From an uncultured Actinomycetota bacterium (lineage in GTDB: Bacteria > Actinomycetota > Actinomycetes > Propionibacteriales > Nocardioidaceae), in the NCBI GenBank assembly GCA_963763805.1, contig CAVXPQ010000001.1, forward strand, positions 30,911 through 94,910: a stretch of DNA of 64,000 nt, given 5' to 3'. How positions within the stretch are numbered: position 1 is the stretch's first letter; every line of letters begins with the position of its first letter. The notes under the pieces were generated by a model. The model was not told the origin of the DNA. It worked only from the letters and a program-made list of their open reading frames with translations, and ran no database searches. The position numbers and the translations under genes are program-made. Positions 46,250-56,783 of this stretch are shown here, one piece after another.

Positions 46250-46683
46250 TCAGCCGAAGAAGACCCAGGTGTACGACCCGATGGCGCCGTCGGCACGGAC
46301 GGTCCAGACATCCATCTTCGTCAGCCGGTAGCCGCGCGTTCGCGGTGATCCGGTCGGTACAGCGTGCCGGTCCGGCCGCCGCAGACACTGCCGATCGTGT
46401 GAACCGTCGACGCGCCGGTCTGCACGTAAGCGCGCACCTTCAGGTAGGTGCAGAAGTTGTCGCCGGTCCGATCGTTGAACCTGATCGTTGCGTTGAACTC
46501 CTTGTCATTGTTGAGGAATGGCCGGTCCCCATGTGCTGCATCCCGTTGACGGGAGTCGATGCATAGGTCTCGGCGGGATCGGCGTTGGCCGGAACGGCCA
46601 GGCCCAGATACCACGAGGAACATGAGTGGCAATGCCACGAGGAGGCGGACGAAGTTGCGGTTGGTCTTCGGTGTGGTGAACAT
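46250..46683 (-). CDS. Secreted hypothetical protein (frameshifted)
   Basis: AAGGA RBS; signal peptide ending AVPANA; NFCTYLKV...SVCGG; ends SYTWVFFG*. Confidence 0.5.
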
Positions 46684-46878
46684 GTCAGATCCTTAAGTTG
46701 AGAGCCGGGGTTGGCTTGATGACTCAAGAATCCTTCGAATCGCCGCTCCACACTGTTCCGTCAGGAACGTCGCTTGTGTCGGGTTGCGCACTGTTGATTG
46801 CCCGCGAGTCACCGCGCGTCCAGACACAGAAGAGAGCCCCAGGCAGTCGGGCTACCTGGGGCTCTTCGCGTACGCCGT

Positions 46879-48445
46879 CTAGTTGTCTTTCGAGACTGCC
46901 CTGCCTGGCCGAACGGGACCGAGAGCAGCGGTCGCGACCTCGTCGGTGACCTTCTCGAAGCCCTTGCGCGTGAAGTACTCGTGGCCGTTGCCGGACAGGA
47001 ACCTGGCGAACATCAGGACAACCCCGGTCACGAACAGGAGCGCAGCAATGGCCATGGGCAGACCCATGCCCAGGAACGATGATCCGGTGTAGGAGTTCTC
47101 CGGATCCGCGCTGTCGAGGATGGCGTACCACAGGAGGATGAGCAGCGTGATCGAGCCGATCATTGGCCCCACGCCGACCAAGAGTGCTGACTTGAGGGAT
47201 CGGGTGAGTTCGTTGCGCCAATAGATGACGCAGGCGAATCCCGGTGAGCGCGTAGTAGAACGCGACGACGATGGACAACGCTGAGAGTGAGTCGTAGAGG
47301 AAGTTGTCGGAGATCTGGCTGGTCACGATGTACCAAACACTGGAAGCGATCCCGATGAACCAGGTGCCGAAGGCGGGCGTTCCATGTGTGGGGTGAATTT
47401 CACCGAAGTGCTTCGGGAACGCCTTCGAGGTCGCCATCGACAGAGACGTTCTCGAAGCCGGGAGGATGGTCGTCTGCGAGGACGCCATGCAGGAAATGAT
47501 GATCGAAATCACCAACAGCGGCCACAGCGGACCCATCACTTCGCGGGCCACCGCGCCGAACAGGCCGGCGTCGTCGTCGTACTCCCCGATCGTGGCGAGG
47601 CTGGCGATGCCGATGACGGAGATCGCGGTGCCGATGTAGGTGGCCAACAGGATCACGGTGCTGACCACGGCCGCTTTGCCGGGCGCAGTTTCGGAGTCAG
47701 CGGATTCCTCGGTCAGGTTCACCGCGGATTCCCAGCCCCAATACATGAAGACGCCGAGCAGCATGCCTTGAATGAGTGCGGAACTGCCGAGACCGAACGG
47801 GTTGAGCCAGGAGATACTGAAGCTGGCACCGTCTCCGAGGCCCCGGGCCATCGCGATGAAGGCCAAGACGATGAAGAGTGCGACGGCGCCGACCTGGGCG
47901 AGCACCATCACGCGCTGAACTTTGGCTGACAGTTCGGTTCCGACCACGCAGATCCAGGTCATCAGCAGGGTCAGGGAGACGGCCAAGGTGGCACGGATCC
48001 AGAATTCATCCCGTGCCGTGTCCATGCCCAGCAGATCGAAGATGTAGTACGCCGCCACGTCGGACTGTGCGCCCACCACGATCAGGCCGGTGGTGAAGAC
48101 CGCCCAGCCGCCCATCCAGCCCATCCACGGACCCATTGCTCGGGTAACCCACGAGAACGTCGTGCCGCAGTCCTGATCGGCTCGGTTCATGTAGTAGAAC
48201 GCGCCGGCGATGAGGAACATCGGGATGAACGACACCAGAAGCACGGCCGGCGCCTTGACCCCGGCGATGACCACCATCGAGCCGAGGACTGCCGCCAGGG
48301 AATAGGCCGGCGCGGTCGAGTCGACCCCGATGGCCAGCCCGTCCCAGAAGTTGATAGCACCTTCTTTGAGGCCCTTGTCGTGGTGGCCCGCTGGCTCGTC
48401 TAGGGCAGTAGGGTGAAACTCCGCGTGCTCGTCATGCTGGTCCAT
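46879..48445 (-). CDS. APC-family amino acid/amine permease (frameshift near 47235)
   Basis: STAPAYSLAA, DCGTTFSW, YWGWES; about 12 TM segments. Confidence 0.88.
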
Positions 48446-48591
48446 TGGGTCTCCCTCGTGTGCAGTCCGGTCTGCCCGAGACGGGTGTCGAACCAGTGCC
48501 GAGGCCACCGGGGAACACCCAAGGGTCACCCTAGGTGAACTAAGTCACCGCTGTGTTAATGGTCCGGTCCAGCAATCGCGCGCCGTTGGGT

Positions 48592-49416
48592 CTAGCGTGA
48601 GGAGGCGATGCCCTCGTCGGTTCCGGCGAGTTTCTGGGCGAACCAGATGGGCACGATCGACAACAAGATCAGCGCGGCCGCTACCACGTTGACCACGGGT
48701 GCCTGGTTGGGTCGGAACAGATTGCTGAAGATCCAGATCGGCAGTGTCTCCACTCCGGCACCGGCGGTGAAGGTGGTCACGATGATCTCGTCGAAGCTCA
48801 GCGCGAACGCCAACAGTCCGCCGGCCAGCAGGGCGGAACGGAGCATCGGCAAGGTGACCAGCCGGAATGTCGTAAAGGTCCCCGCACCGAGATCCATCGA
48901 TGCCTCTTCAAGATTGCCGCCGAGCCGCCTCATCCGCGCGATCGCGTTGTTGAACACGGTCACGATGCAGAACGTTGCGTGTGCGATCACCAGCGTCAGG
49001 ATGCCGAGTTTGATGCCGATGATGGTGGTGAAGGCGTTAGCCAGCGCGATGCCCGTCACGACACCCGGCAGCGCGATCGGCAAGATGATCAGCAGCGAGA
49101 CCGCGTCGCGGCCGAAGAAGTCGAATCGGTGGAGACCCAGCGCGGCCATGGTGCCGAGGATCAGGGCCACCACCGTGGCCAGGGCCGCCACCTGAAGCGA
49201 GGTCAACAACGCGGAACGGGCACCCTCTGAGTTCCAGGCCGCAACCCACCACTCGGTCGTGAACCCGTCCGGCGGCCAGCCGAAGGTCGTCGATGTGTTG
49301 AAGGAGTTGATGACAACCAGCGCGAGCGGCACGTAGATGAAGACGAACACCAACGCGGCGCACACCTTGAGTGCGGCTCGAGTCTTTCCGGAGAGGTTCA
49401 TAGATTGCTGCATCAC
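48592..49416 (-). CDS. Polyamine-type ABC permease (PotC-like)
   Basis: LEEASMDLGA EAA loop, SFDE, TLPIWIF. Confidence 0.88.
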   Translation of the reverse strand: MMQQSMNLSGKTRAALKVCAALVFVFIYVPLALVVINSFNTSTTFGWPPDGFTTEWWVAAWNSEGARSALLTSLQVAALATVVALILGTMAALGLHRFDFFGRDAVSLLIILPIALPGVVTGIALANAFTTIIGIKLGILTLVIAHATFCIVTVFNNAIARMRRLGGNLEEASMDLGAGTFTTFRLVTLPMLRSALLAGGLLAFALSFDEIIVTTFTAGAGVETLPIWIFSNLFRPNQAPVVNVVAAALILLSIVPIWFAQKLAGTDEGIASSR

Positions 49417-50267
49417 AGATTCTCTAGGGCGCCGGTACGCCGGGCGACGCCGAGGTAGACCAGCATGATGACGACGGGAATGGTCGAGAGGGCGGCGGCG
49501 AACGGCATGTTGTTGCCGGTCAGGAACGTGTCATAGACGGCATTGCCAAGCATCTGGGTGCCGCCGCCGACGATCTTGACCGCGATGTAGTCGCCCAGGG
49601 TCAGAGAGAAGGTGAAGATCGATCCGGCGATCAATGCGGGCTTGAGGACGGGGAGTACGACGCGTCGCAGGGTGGTCGCGCCGCTGGCGCCGAGGTCTGA
49701 CGAGGCTTCGAGCAAGGAGTTCGGCAACCTCTCCAACCCGGCGTACAACGGCAGGATCATGTAGGGCAGCCATAGGTAGGAGAGCGTGACGATGGTGGCG
49801 GTGAGCCCATACCCCGGCGAGCTGAGGCCGAACGGCTCGAGTACCCAGGCGATCGGACCGGTGCCGGAGAACATCGCCCGCCAGGAGTACGCCTTGACGA
49901 GGTACGACGCCCAGAGCGGCGTGAGCACCGCGATCAGCAGCCACTTCTGCGCGCGAGGCGACGCGATCTTCGCCATGTAGAGCGCCACGGGAAACGCCAT
50001 GACCGCATCGATCACGGTCACGGTGATGGCGATGCCGAGGGTGCGAAACGTGATGGCGCGATAGACGTCAAGGGTGAACAGATCGCGGTAGTTGTCGAGG
50101 TTCCAATCGCGTTGGATGGCCCCCGTGAACGTGTTGACCGTCCAGAAGGAGGTGATGAACAGCGCAAAGAGGGCGCCGAGATACGCCACCCCCAGCCACA
50201 GCATGGGCGGGCCAAGGAGGCCCGCCAGCCGTAGCCGAGGGTGGCGGTGAAGGACGTCGGCCGACAA
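49413..50267 (-). CDS. Polyamine-type ABC permease (PotB-like)
   Basis: PLWASYLVK, LPYMILP, LLEASSDLGA. Confidence 0.88.
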   Translation of the reverse strand: MSADVLHRHPRLRLAGLLGPPMLWLGVAYLGALFALFITSFWTVNTFTGAIQRDWNLDNYRDLFTLDVYRAITFRTLGIAITVTVIDAVMAFPVALYMAKIASPRAQKWLLIAVLTPLWASYLVKAYSWRAMFSGTGPIAWVLEPFGLSSPGYGLTATIVTLSYLWLPYMILPLYAGLERLPNSLLEASSDLGASGATTLRRVVLPVLKPALIAGSIFTFSLTLGDYIAVKIVGGGTQMLGNAVYDTFLTGNNMPFAAALSTIPVVIMLVYLGVARRTGALENL

Positions 50268-50269
50268 AG

Positions 50270-51514
50270 TTAGCCCTTGATCTCGGTCCAGGCCTGCTGC
50301 CAATCGGCGTACGTCGTGCACTTCACGTCCGTGCGCCCATCCAGGCACTGCTCGATCGGGGTGTTCCAGTAGTGCAACTGGCTGGCGAACTCCTCGTCGC
50401 CTGCGTTGAACGACTCGCAGTGCCCTTCGGTGGCAACCGCGCAGGCGGCCGAACTCGAGGGCGCCTCACCGAACCACTCGGTCGCCAAAGCATTGGTCTC
50501 CGGGCTGGCGATGTGGTCCATCCACGCATAGGCGCAGTTGCGATTCTCGGTCTTGGAACTCACCATCCAGGTGTCCGACCAACCCGTGGAGCCTTCCTCG
50601 GGCAGGACGACCTCAACGGGGGTCTTCTCGCCCTGGGCCAGGTTCGCGATGATCTGCCATGAGGTGCCGATCACCGAGTCGCCGGACTTGAACGACGACA
50701 TCTGAACGGAGAAGTCCGACCAGTACTCACCAACGATGGTCTTCTGCTTCTTGAGCAGATCCACCGCGGCGGCCAACTGGTCGGCATCGAGGGCATACGG
50801 ATCCTCGATGCCCAGCTCCGGCTGCGTCTTCATCAGGTAGAGCGCCGCGTCGGCGATGTAGATCGGCGAGTCGTACGCCGTGACCTTGCCGGCGTACGGC
50901 GAGTTCTCGTCGAAGACCGCACCCCAACTGGTCGGCGCGGGGTCGACTACCTCGGTGTTGTACATCAACAGGTTGGCGCCGTAGCCGTGCGGGATGCCGT
51001 ACATCTGTCCGTTGACCGAGTTCCAGGCCTGATCCTTCAGGAAGGGCCAGATGGCTGCGTAGCTCGGGACGAGGTCGGTGTTGACCGGCTCGACGTCGCC
51101 GGCAGCGATCAGGCGGAGGGAGGCGTCGCCAGAGGCCGACACCACGTCGTACTCGCCCGACTTCATCAACTGGACGGCCTCGTCGGAGGTGCCGAAGGTC
51201 TTCACCGTGACGTCGCAGCCGGAGGTCTCTTCGAAGGGAGTCACCCAGTCGTAGGCGGGATCGGTGCTGCCGTCTTCGGCATAGCCCGGCCAGGCAAGAA
51301 CACTGAGCGCGCCTTCGTTCTCACCGAGTTCGGTCGGCATAGGCAGGTCGGGCGGGGTGAAGGCCGCGTTGCCCGAGTCGTCGGCCGCGGACGAGTCCCC
51401 GTCGTCGGATTCGGTGCCGCAACCGGCGACGACGAGCGCCAAGGCGGCCGTGGCTGCGAAAGCGCGGATTGGCCCAGACTTGATGGCTGGGGTGATCCGG
51501 TGGTGGGTTCTCAT
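50270..51514 (-). CDS. Polyamine-type ABC substrate-binding lipoprotein
   Basis: VAGC lipobox, AWPGY, SGDASLRL, GWSDTW. Confidence 0.88.
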   Translation of the reverse strand: MRTHHRITPAIKSGPIRAFAATAALALVVAGCGTESDDGDSSAADDSGNAAFTPPDLPMPTELGENEGALSVLAWPGYAEDGSTDPAYDWVTPFEETSGCDVTVKTFGTSDEAVQLMKSGEYDVVSASGDASLRLIAAGDVEPVNTDLVPSYAAIWPFLKDQAWNSVNGQMYGIPHGYGANLLMYNTEVVDPAPTSWGAVFDENSPYAGKVTAYDSPIYIADAALYLMKTQPELGIEDPYALDADQLAAAVDLLKKQKTIVGEYWSDFSVQMSSFKSGDSVIGTSWQIIANLAQGEKTPVEVVLPEEGSTGWSDTWMVSSKTENRNCAYAWMDHIASPETNALATEWFGEAPSSSAACAVATEGHCESFNAGDEEFASQLHYWNTPIEQCLDGRTDVKCTTYADWQQAWTEIKG

Positions 51515-51524
51515 GGATTCTCCT

Positions 51525-52616
51525 TCAGGTGACCGGGGCGGTTTGCGCGTCCGGCGTCGGTGTGAGGTCGATGACGTGTTCATCGGCCCACGTAAGAGAG
51601 ACCCGAGCTCCCTGTTGAGTCATCATTTGGTCGGTGGTTCCGTGCAGGTTCTGGCGCAGGACGGTCAGCGATCCACCGCCGTCAAGGGCGACCAGATAGT
51701 GATTGACCGAACCGAGATAGACGATCGCTTCGATGACGCCCTGAGCGTTGGCCGACGTCGATCGGGCGTGCTCGTTGAGATGGATCTTCTCCGGACGGAT
51801 GCTGAAGGTGCCGTCGCGTCCGAACACATCCCGTGCCGCCGCGTCCGTCAGTAGGTTCGAGGTGCCGACGAACCCGGCTACGAAGGCGGTGCCGGGGGAT
51901 TCGTAGAGCTCGGCCGGGGTGGCCACCTGCTCGATCCGGCCCTCGTTGAAGACCGCGATCCGGTCGCTCATCGTCAGGGCTTCCTCTTGATCGTGGGTGA
52001 CGAAGACGAAGGTGATGCCGACGTCACGCTGGATCTCCTTGAGCTCGATCTGCATCTGCCGCCGCAGCTTGAGGTCGAGCGCGCCGAGCGGCTCGTCGAG
52101 AAGCAGGACTTTGGGGCGGTTCACCAGAGCGCGGGCCAGGGCGACGCGCTGGCGTTGACCGCCCGAGAGTTGGGTCGGCCTACGGTCGGCGTACCCCTCA
52201 AGGCGTACGGCGCGCAGCGCTTCGGCGGCCCGTTTGCTCCTCTCCTCTTTGCCGACCTTCTTCACGCGCAGGCCGTACTCGACGTTGGTCTGGACGTCCA
52301 TGTGCGGGAAGAGTGCGTAGTCCTGGAAGACGGTGTTGACGTCGCGGGAGTACGGCGGAGAGCCGGTGACGTCTTCATCGCCCAGGAAGATCCGGCCGGC
52401 AGTAGGTGCTTCGAAGCCCGCGATCATCCGCAGGACGGTCGTCTTGCCAGAGCCTGAGGGGCCGAGCATCGAGAAGAATTCGCCATCCTCGATAGTGAGG
52501 TCGACTCCATCGACGGCTTTGACCGCACCGAAGTGCTTGGCGATGCCCTGCAACTCGATGGCAGTGCTCTTCACCCCAGCCGAGTTGCTGGCAGGGGTGT
52601 CCGCAGGATCTCCCAT
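51525..52616 (-). CDS. Polyamine-type ABC ATPase (PotA-like)
   Basis: GPSGSGKTT, VFQDYALFPHM, LSGGQRQR, LLDEPLGALD. Confidence 0.92.
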   Translation of the reverse strand: MGDPADTPASNSAGVKSTAIELQGIAKHFGAVKAVDGVDLTIEDGEFFSMLGPSGSGKTTVLRMIAGFEAPTAGRIFLGDEDVTGSPPYSRDVNTVFQDYALFPHMDVQTNVEYGLRVKKVGKEERSKRAAEALRAVRLEGYADRRPTQLSGGQRQRVALARALVNRPKVLLLDEPLGALDLKLRRQMQIELKEIQRDVGITFVFVTHDQEEALTMSDRIAVFNEGRIEQVATPAELYESPGTAFVAGFVGTSNLLTDAAARDVFGRDGTFSIRPEKIHLNEHARSTSANAQGVIEAIVYLGSVNHYLVALDGGGSLTVLRQNLHGTTDQMMTQQGARVSLTWADEHVIDLTPTPDAQTAPVT

Positions 52617-52708
52617 AGCGGTGCTTCCGGTCCTCTCGTTCGCCAGGATGGGCGAAAACATATGAGATCGCTTTTCAAAGCGCAAGGCCATGCGCCAAAC
52701 TGTTACGC

Positions 52709-53461
52709 ATGGCGATTCGCACCTTCGGCGGCGCGGCTGCCGCGGTGTTTGCGCCCTTGGACACACTCTCGCGGTCGGAGCAGGTCGAGCGCAGGCTCAC
52801 GGATGCCATCGTTCTTGGTTTGATCCCGGTTGGTTATCAATTGCCTGGTGAGGCAGAACTAGCCGGGCTGTTGGGTGTCTCCACTGTCACGGTCCGCGAG
52901 GCGTTGAGTGGGCTACGGCGACAGCTTCTGATCGAGACGCGCCGGGGTCGGGGTGGTGGGAGTTTCGCGCTGGCTCCGACGGCCGCTCAAGCCGAGACGT
53001 TCCGTGCGCGTCTGCGGGTTTTGAGTACGGCGCAACTAAGGGACCTGGGTGATCGGTACGCCGCGGTCGCCGGCGCTGCGGCACGACTGGCCGCCCTTCG
53101 GGCCACGTCTGTGGATGTCGCCAGGCTTGAGCGCGCACACGAGAGCCTGGTGACCTCCCAGCAGGTCGAGGAGCGTAGACGTGCGGAGTCGCACTTCCAT
53201 ATCGAAGTGGCTGCGGTTTCCCAATCGCCTCTGCTCTTCCGTGAAGAGGTGTCCGTCCAGGCCGAGATCGGGCCGTTGCTCTGGTTTGTCGTCGGACACG
53301 AGGACGAAGCGTATGTTCGCAATGTCGCCCGTGCCCGCGGCGTGCTTGACGCCATCATGGTGGGCGATGGGGACTTGGCTCGAGCCTTGACCGAGGAGAG
53401 ATTCGCCGAGGTCACCGCACTGCTGGTCGAGGCGCGTCTCAACCTCTTGGAGGAAGCATGA
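52709..53461 (+). CDS. GntR/FadR-family regulator
   Basis: LPGEAELA..LGVSTVTVREAL, RGRGGG, FCD domain. Confidence 0.88.
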   Translation: MAIRTFGGAAAAVFAPLDTLSRSEQVERRLTDAIVLGLIPVGYQLPGEAELAGLLGVSTVTVREALSGLRRQLLIETRRGRGGGSFALAPTAAQAETFRARLRVLSTAQLRDLGDRYAAVAGAAARLAALRATSVDVARLERAHESLVTSQQVEERRRAESHFHIEVAAVSQSPLLFREEVSVQAEIGPLLWFVVGHEDEAYVRNVARARGVLDAIMVGDGDLARALTEERFAEVTALLVEARLNLLEEA

Positions 53462-54273
53462 CCCAGACCAAGGACGGCAATGCCAGGGACGGCCAGTCGC
53501 CCGCGCTCTCGCGGATCGCCATGGCGCAGACGGTCGCAGCGGTCTCGGAATTCGTCGTACAGACGCGTGAGTCCGTGACTGAGATGAAACGGCTCGTCGA
53601 GACGGCACTTGCGGGCGCCCAGACGCCACGACGTGCCAGTCTGATCGATCTGGAGCCCTTGGTCCGGGACCGCCTGGGGGTTCAGGAGGGTCTCTTTCAT
53701 GGCGGTGGCTTCGTCGCGGCGCCGGAGCTTCTCGCTGATGCGGCGTGGTGGTTGGAGTGGTTTGCGTGGGATTCGGGCAGGATCCAACGCTTGGTTCCGC
53801 AGACCGATCCACATGGTGCGCACTTCTTCGACTACACCTTGATGCCGTGGTACTCCGTGCCGCAGCAGGGTGTCGGTCCGACCATCACGGGACCTTATGT
53901 CGACTACTTGTGCACCGATGACTACACCCTCACCTTCACCGAGGCCGTTCGCGGTGCTGATGGATCCTTCGCTGGAGTGGTCGGCGCGGATGTGCGAGTC
54001 CTGGCGGTCGAAGAGGCCTTCTTGGCGCACCTCAGGCGATCGCACTCGTTGTTGGCGATCGTTAACGCGCTGGGCCGCGTGGTGGTGTCCAATTCCGCCC
54101 AGTTGTTGAGTGGTGACCTGGTGCGCGAGGTTGATGTGCCACGACTCTTCGAGACGTCCCGAACGGACCCCGAGATCGCCGACGAGCCTCGGGTTGACTC
54201 CGCGGTGACCCTGATCAGGGTCGCGGACTCTGAGCTGGCGGTCTTGGAGCTGGGTCCGCGGTTGGTTTCTTGA
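53458..54273 (+). CDS. Stand-alone Cache (PDC) sensor-domain protein
   Basis: DY...PWY, TGPYVDYLCTDDYTLT, GVVGADV; no TM segment. Confidence 0.75.
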   Translation: MTQTKDGNARDGQSPALSRIAMAQTVAAVSEFVVQTRESVTEMKRLVETALAGAQTPRRASLIDLEPLVRDRLGVQEGLFHGGGFVAAPELLADAAWWLEWFAWDSGRIQRLVPQTDPHGAHFFDYTLMPWYSVPQQGVGPTITGPYVDYLCTDDYTLTFTEAVRGADGSFAGVVGADVRVLAVEEAFLAHLRRSHSLLAIVNALGRVVVSNSAQLLSGDLVREVDVPRLFETSRTDPEIADEPRVDSAVTLIRVADSELAVLELGPRLVS

Positions 54274-54295
54274 CCGGTGAGCGCCCCTAGCAATA

Positions 54296-54311
54296 CGTTA
54301 GGATCCTAACG
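54296..54311. promoter_or_regulatory. Perfect 16-bp operator palindrome
   Basis: CGTTAGGATCCTAACG just before the RBS of the aldehyde dehydrogenase. Confidence 0.75.
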
Positions 54312-54326
54312 AGTTTGAGGAGTGGC

Positions 54327-55820
54327 ATGCCCAAGACCTCCGCGAAGGCCCCCGAGAGGGCGACTGTCGCCGGCGTCGATGTAGACCTGAGACATTGGAT
54401 CGGCGGGCAGCGAGTCGCCTCGGCGTCCACGTTTGCCGACATCTCGCCGATCGATGAGACCGAGATCGCCCAGGTGCACGCCGGGGGAGCCAATGAGGTC
54501 GACCAAGCCGTCGCCGCGGCGCGGGCTGCCTTCCCAGCCTGGTCGGGACGACCGGTCTCTGAGCGTTCGGCCATCCTGCGACGCGTCGCCGACGGCATCG
54601 AGGCCCGTGTCGAGGACCTCTCCCAGGTCGAGACCCGCGATAACGGTTCGTTGCTGCGAAGCCACCGGCGCGGGGTCATGCCGCGAGTGGCCATGAACTT
54701 CCGCTTCTTCGCCGACTATGCCGAGCAGGAGTTGGCGCACCCGGATCTGGAAGTTCGCGGGCACCGCGAGCGAGTGTCCTACGACCCGGCGGGTGTCGTC
54801 GCCATCATCACGCCATGGAATGCGCCACTGATGCTCGCCACCTGGCGGATCGGCCCGGCGCTGGCGGCGGGGAACACCGTCGTACTCAAACCACCGGAGT
54901 GGGCGCCGCTGACTGCGAGCCTGCTCGCCGACATCATGGACGAGGCCGGCCTTCCGCCTGGCGTGTTCAACGTCGTACAGGGAACGGGACTTGAGGCCGG
55001 GGCGCCGCTGACGGCCCATCCGGACATCAACCGGCTCTCCTTCACGGGATCGGTGCCAACCGCAGGCACGATCGCCGCTGCGGCCGCCCACAACATCGTG
55101 CCGCTGTCCTTCGAGTTGGGCGGCAAGTCCCCTCTGGTCATCTTCGAAGACTCCGACATGGAGCTGGCGGTCAATCTGGCCGTCGAGCAGTTCGACAACG
55201 CCGGCCAGGTCTGCCTCGGGGCGTTCCGGATCCTCGTGCAGGAGTCGATCGTCGATGAGTTCACCTCGCGCGTTTTGGCGAAAGCGAGGGGGCTCGTCCA
55301 AGGCGACCCGCGAGACGAGGCAACCGATGTCAGTGCACTCGTGTCACGGCCACACTTCGAGAAGGTGAAGGCGTTCGTGGAACGGGCCGTCGCCGATGGG
55401 GCACGGCCGATCCTCGGTGGCGGCCCCAATCAGGATCTGGGTGGCCTGTTCTATTCGCCGACCATTCTTGTCGACGCCGAACCGGGCAGCGAGATCCTGA
55501 CTGAAGAGGTGTTCGGCCCCGTCCTCACGATCCAGACCTTCGCCGACGAGGCGCAGGCGATCGAGATGGCCAACAACACCCGATTCGGCCTTGCCGCGAC
55601 GATGGCCACCGGCGATCCCGAGCGCGCCGAACGCGTCTCGGCGGCGCTCAATGCCGGCACCATCTGGGTCAACTGCTTCTTTGTCAGAGACCTGGGCGCG
55701 CCCTTCGGCGGCAACGGCAAGTCCGGCATCGGCCGCGAAGGCGGCGTCTGGTCGTTCGACTTCTATACCGACATCAAGAACACGGTCTTCTCGCCCTCCG
55801 GGTGGGTAGGAAAGGATTGA
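54327..55820 (+). CDS. (Carboxymethyl)hydroxymuconate-semialdehyde dehydrogenase-like ALDH
   Basis: ITPWNAPLML, KPPEWAPLTA, ELGGKSP, GREGGVWSFDFY; adjacent to the dioxygenase. Confidence 0.8.
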   Translation: MPKTSAKAPERATVAGVDVDLRHWIGGQRVASASTFADISPIDETEIAQVHAGGANEVDQAVAAARAAFPAWSGRPVSERSAILRRVADGIEARVEDLSQVETRDNGSLLRSHRRGVMPRVAMNFRFFADYAEQELAHPDLEVRGHRERVSYDPAGVVAIITPWNAPLMLATWRIGPALAAGNTVVLKPPEWAPLTASLLADIMDEAGLPPGVFNVVQGTGLEAGAPLTAHPDINRLSFTGSVPTAGTIAAAAAHNIVPLSFELGGKSPLVIFEDSDMELAVNLAVEQFDNAGQVCLGAFRILVQESIVDEFTSRVLAKARGLVQGDPRDEATDVSALVSRPHFEKVKAFVERAVADGARPILGGGPNQDLGGLFYSPTILVDAEPGSEILTEEVFGPVLTIQTFADEAQAIEMANNTRFGLAATMATGDPERAERVSAALNAGTIWVNCFFVRDLGAPFGGNGKSGIGREGGVWSFDFYTDIKNTVFSPSGWVGKD

Positions 55821-55821
55821 C

Positions 55822-56772
55822 ATGGGTGAGGTAGTAGGCGCCGGGATTCTGGCGCACGTGCCGACGATCATGCTGCCGGAGGACGTGCGTCGCGAGCTCA
55901 ACCGTGGCCCGGACTTCACCTTGGGGCCGGCGCTCACGCAGTTGCGTGAGGAGGTGTTCGAGACCTTGGACTACGACACGGTCGTCGTCTTGGACTCCCA
56001 CTGGTTCACGACGGTGGAGTTCGTGGTGAGCGCGCAGGAACGTCGTGCAGGTCTCTTCACCGCCGAGGAGCTGCCGAGGGGCATGTGTCGAATTCCCTAT
56101 GACTGGCGTGGCGACCCGGAGTTGGCCCGCGCAATGGACCGGCTCGACAGCACCCACTCGACGTGGGTCTCCGCCATCGACGACCCCTATCTGCCGTTGA
56201 TGTACGCAACCCTCAACCTCTGGAAGTTCCTCGGTGACGGCATCGACAAGCAATGGGTCTCGGTGTCGGTCGCGCAGACCGGCGATGCCGAAGACTTCCT
56301 CCGAGTCGGCCGGGTGATCGGCGACGCGATCGCACAGACCGATCGCAAGGTGTTGTTGTTAGCGTCCGGCGCCCTGAGCCACACCTTCTGGAAGTTGCGC
56401 CAGTTGCGCGATCACGAATCGGCCGGGCTCGAGCACATCCGCACTCAGGAGGCGCGAAAGGCGGATGAGGATCGGATCGCCTGGTTCAAGGCTGGTGACC
56501 ATGCCCGGGTGCTCGACACGATGGGCGAGTTCATGCCCTTCCGGCCCGAATCGATGTTCGCCCACTATCTGATGATGGCCGGCGCGCTCGGCGAGGGTGA
56601 CAACACCTCAAAGGCGCGTCAGTACGGCGACTACGAGAACTCCATCGGCACCGGCCAGGTCCACCTGTGGTTCGACCGACCCGAGGAGGGTTTCGCCCGT
56701 CCCCGGCGTACACCTGTTGATCCTGACTACCTCCGGCAGATGGCCGGCCCCGACCTGACCGCCGCCGGCTGA
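55822..56772 (+). CDS. LigB-class extradiol dioxygenase (homoprotocatechuate 2,3-dioxygenase-like)
   Basis: AHVPTI, DSHW, ASGALSH, GTGQV. Confidence 0.8.
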   Translation: MGEVVGAGILAHVPTIMLPEDVRRELNRGPDFTLGPALTQLREEVFETLDYDTVVVLDSHWFTTVEFVVSAQERRAGLFTAEELPRGMCRIPYDWRGDPELARAMDRLDSTHSTWVSAIDDPYLPLMYATLNLWKFLGDGIDKQWVSVSVAQTGDAEDFLRVGRVIGDAIAQTDRKVLLLASGALSHTFWKLRQLRDHESAGLEHIRTQEARKADEDRIAWFKAGDHARVLDTMGEFMPFRPESMFAHYLMMAGALGEGDNTSKARQYGDYENSIGTGQVHLWFDRPEEGFARPRRTPVDPDYLRQMAGPDLTAAG

Positions 56773-56783
56773 TAGAGGAACTG

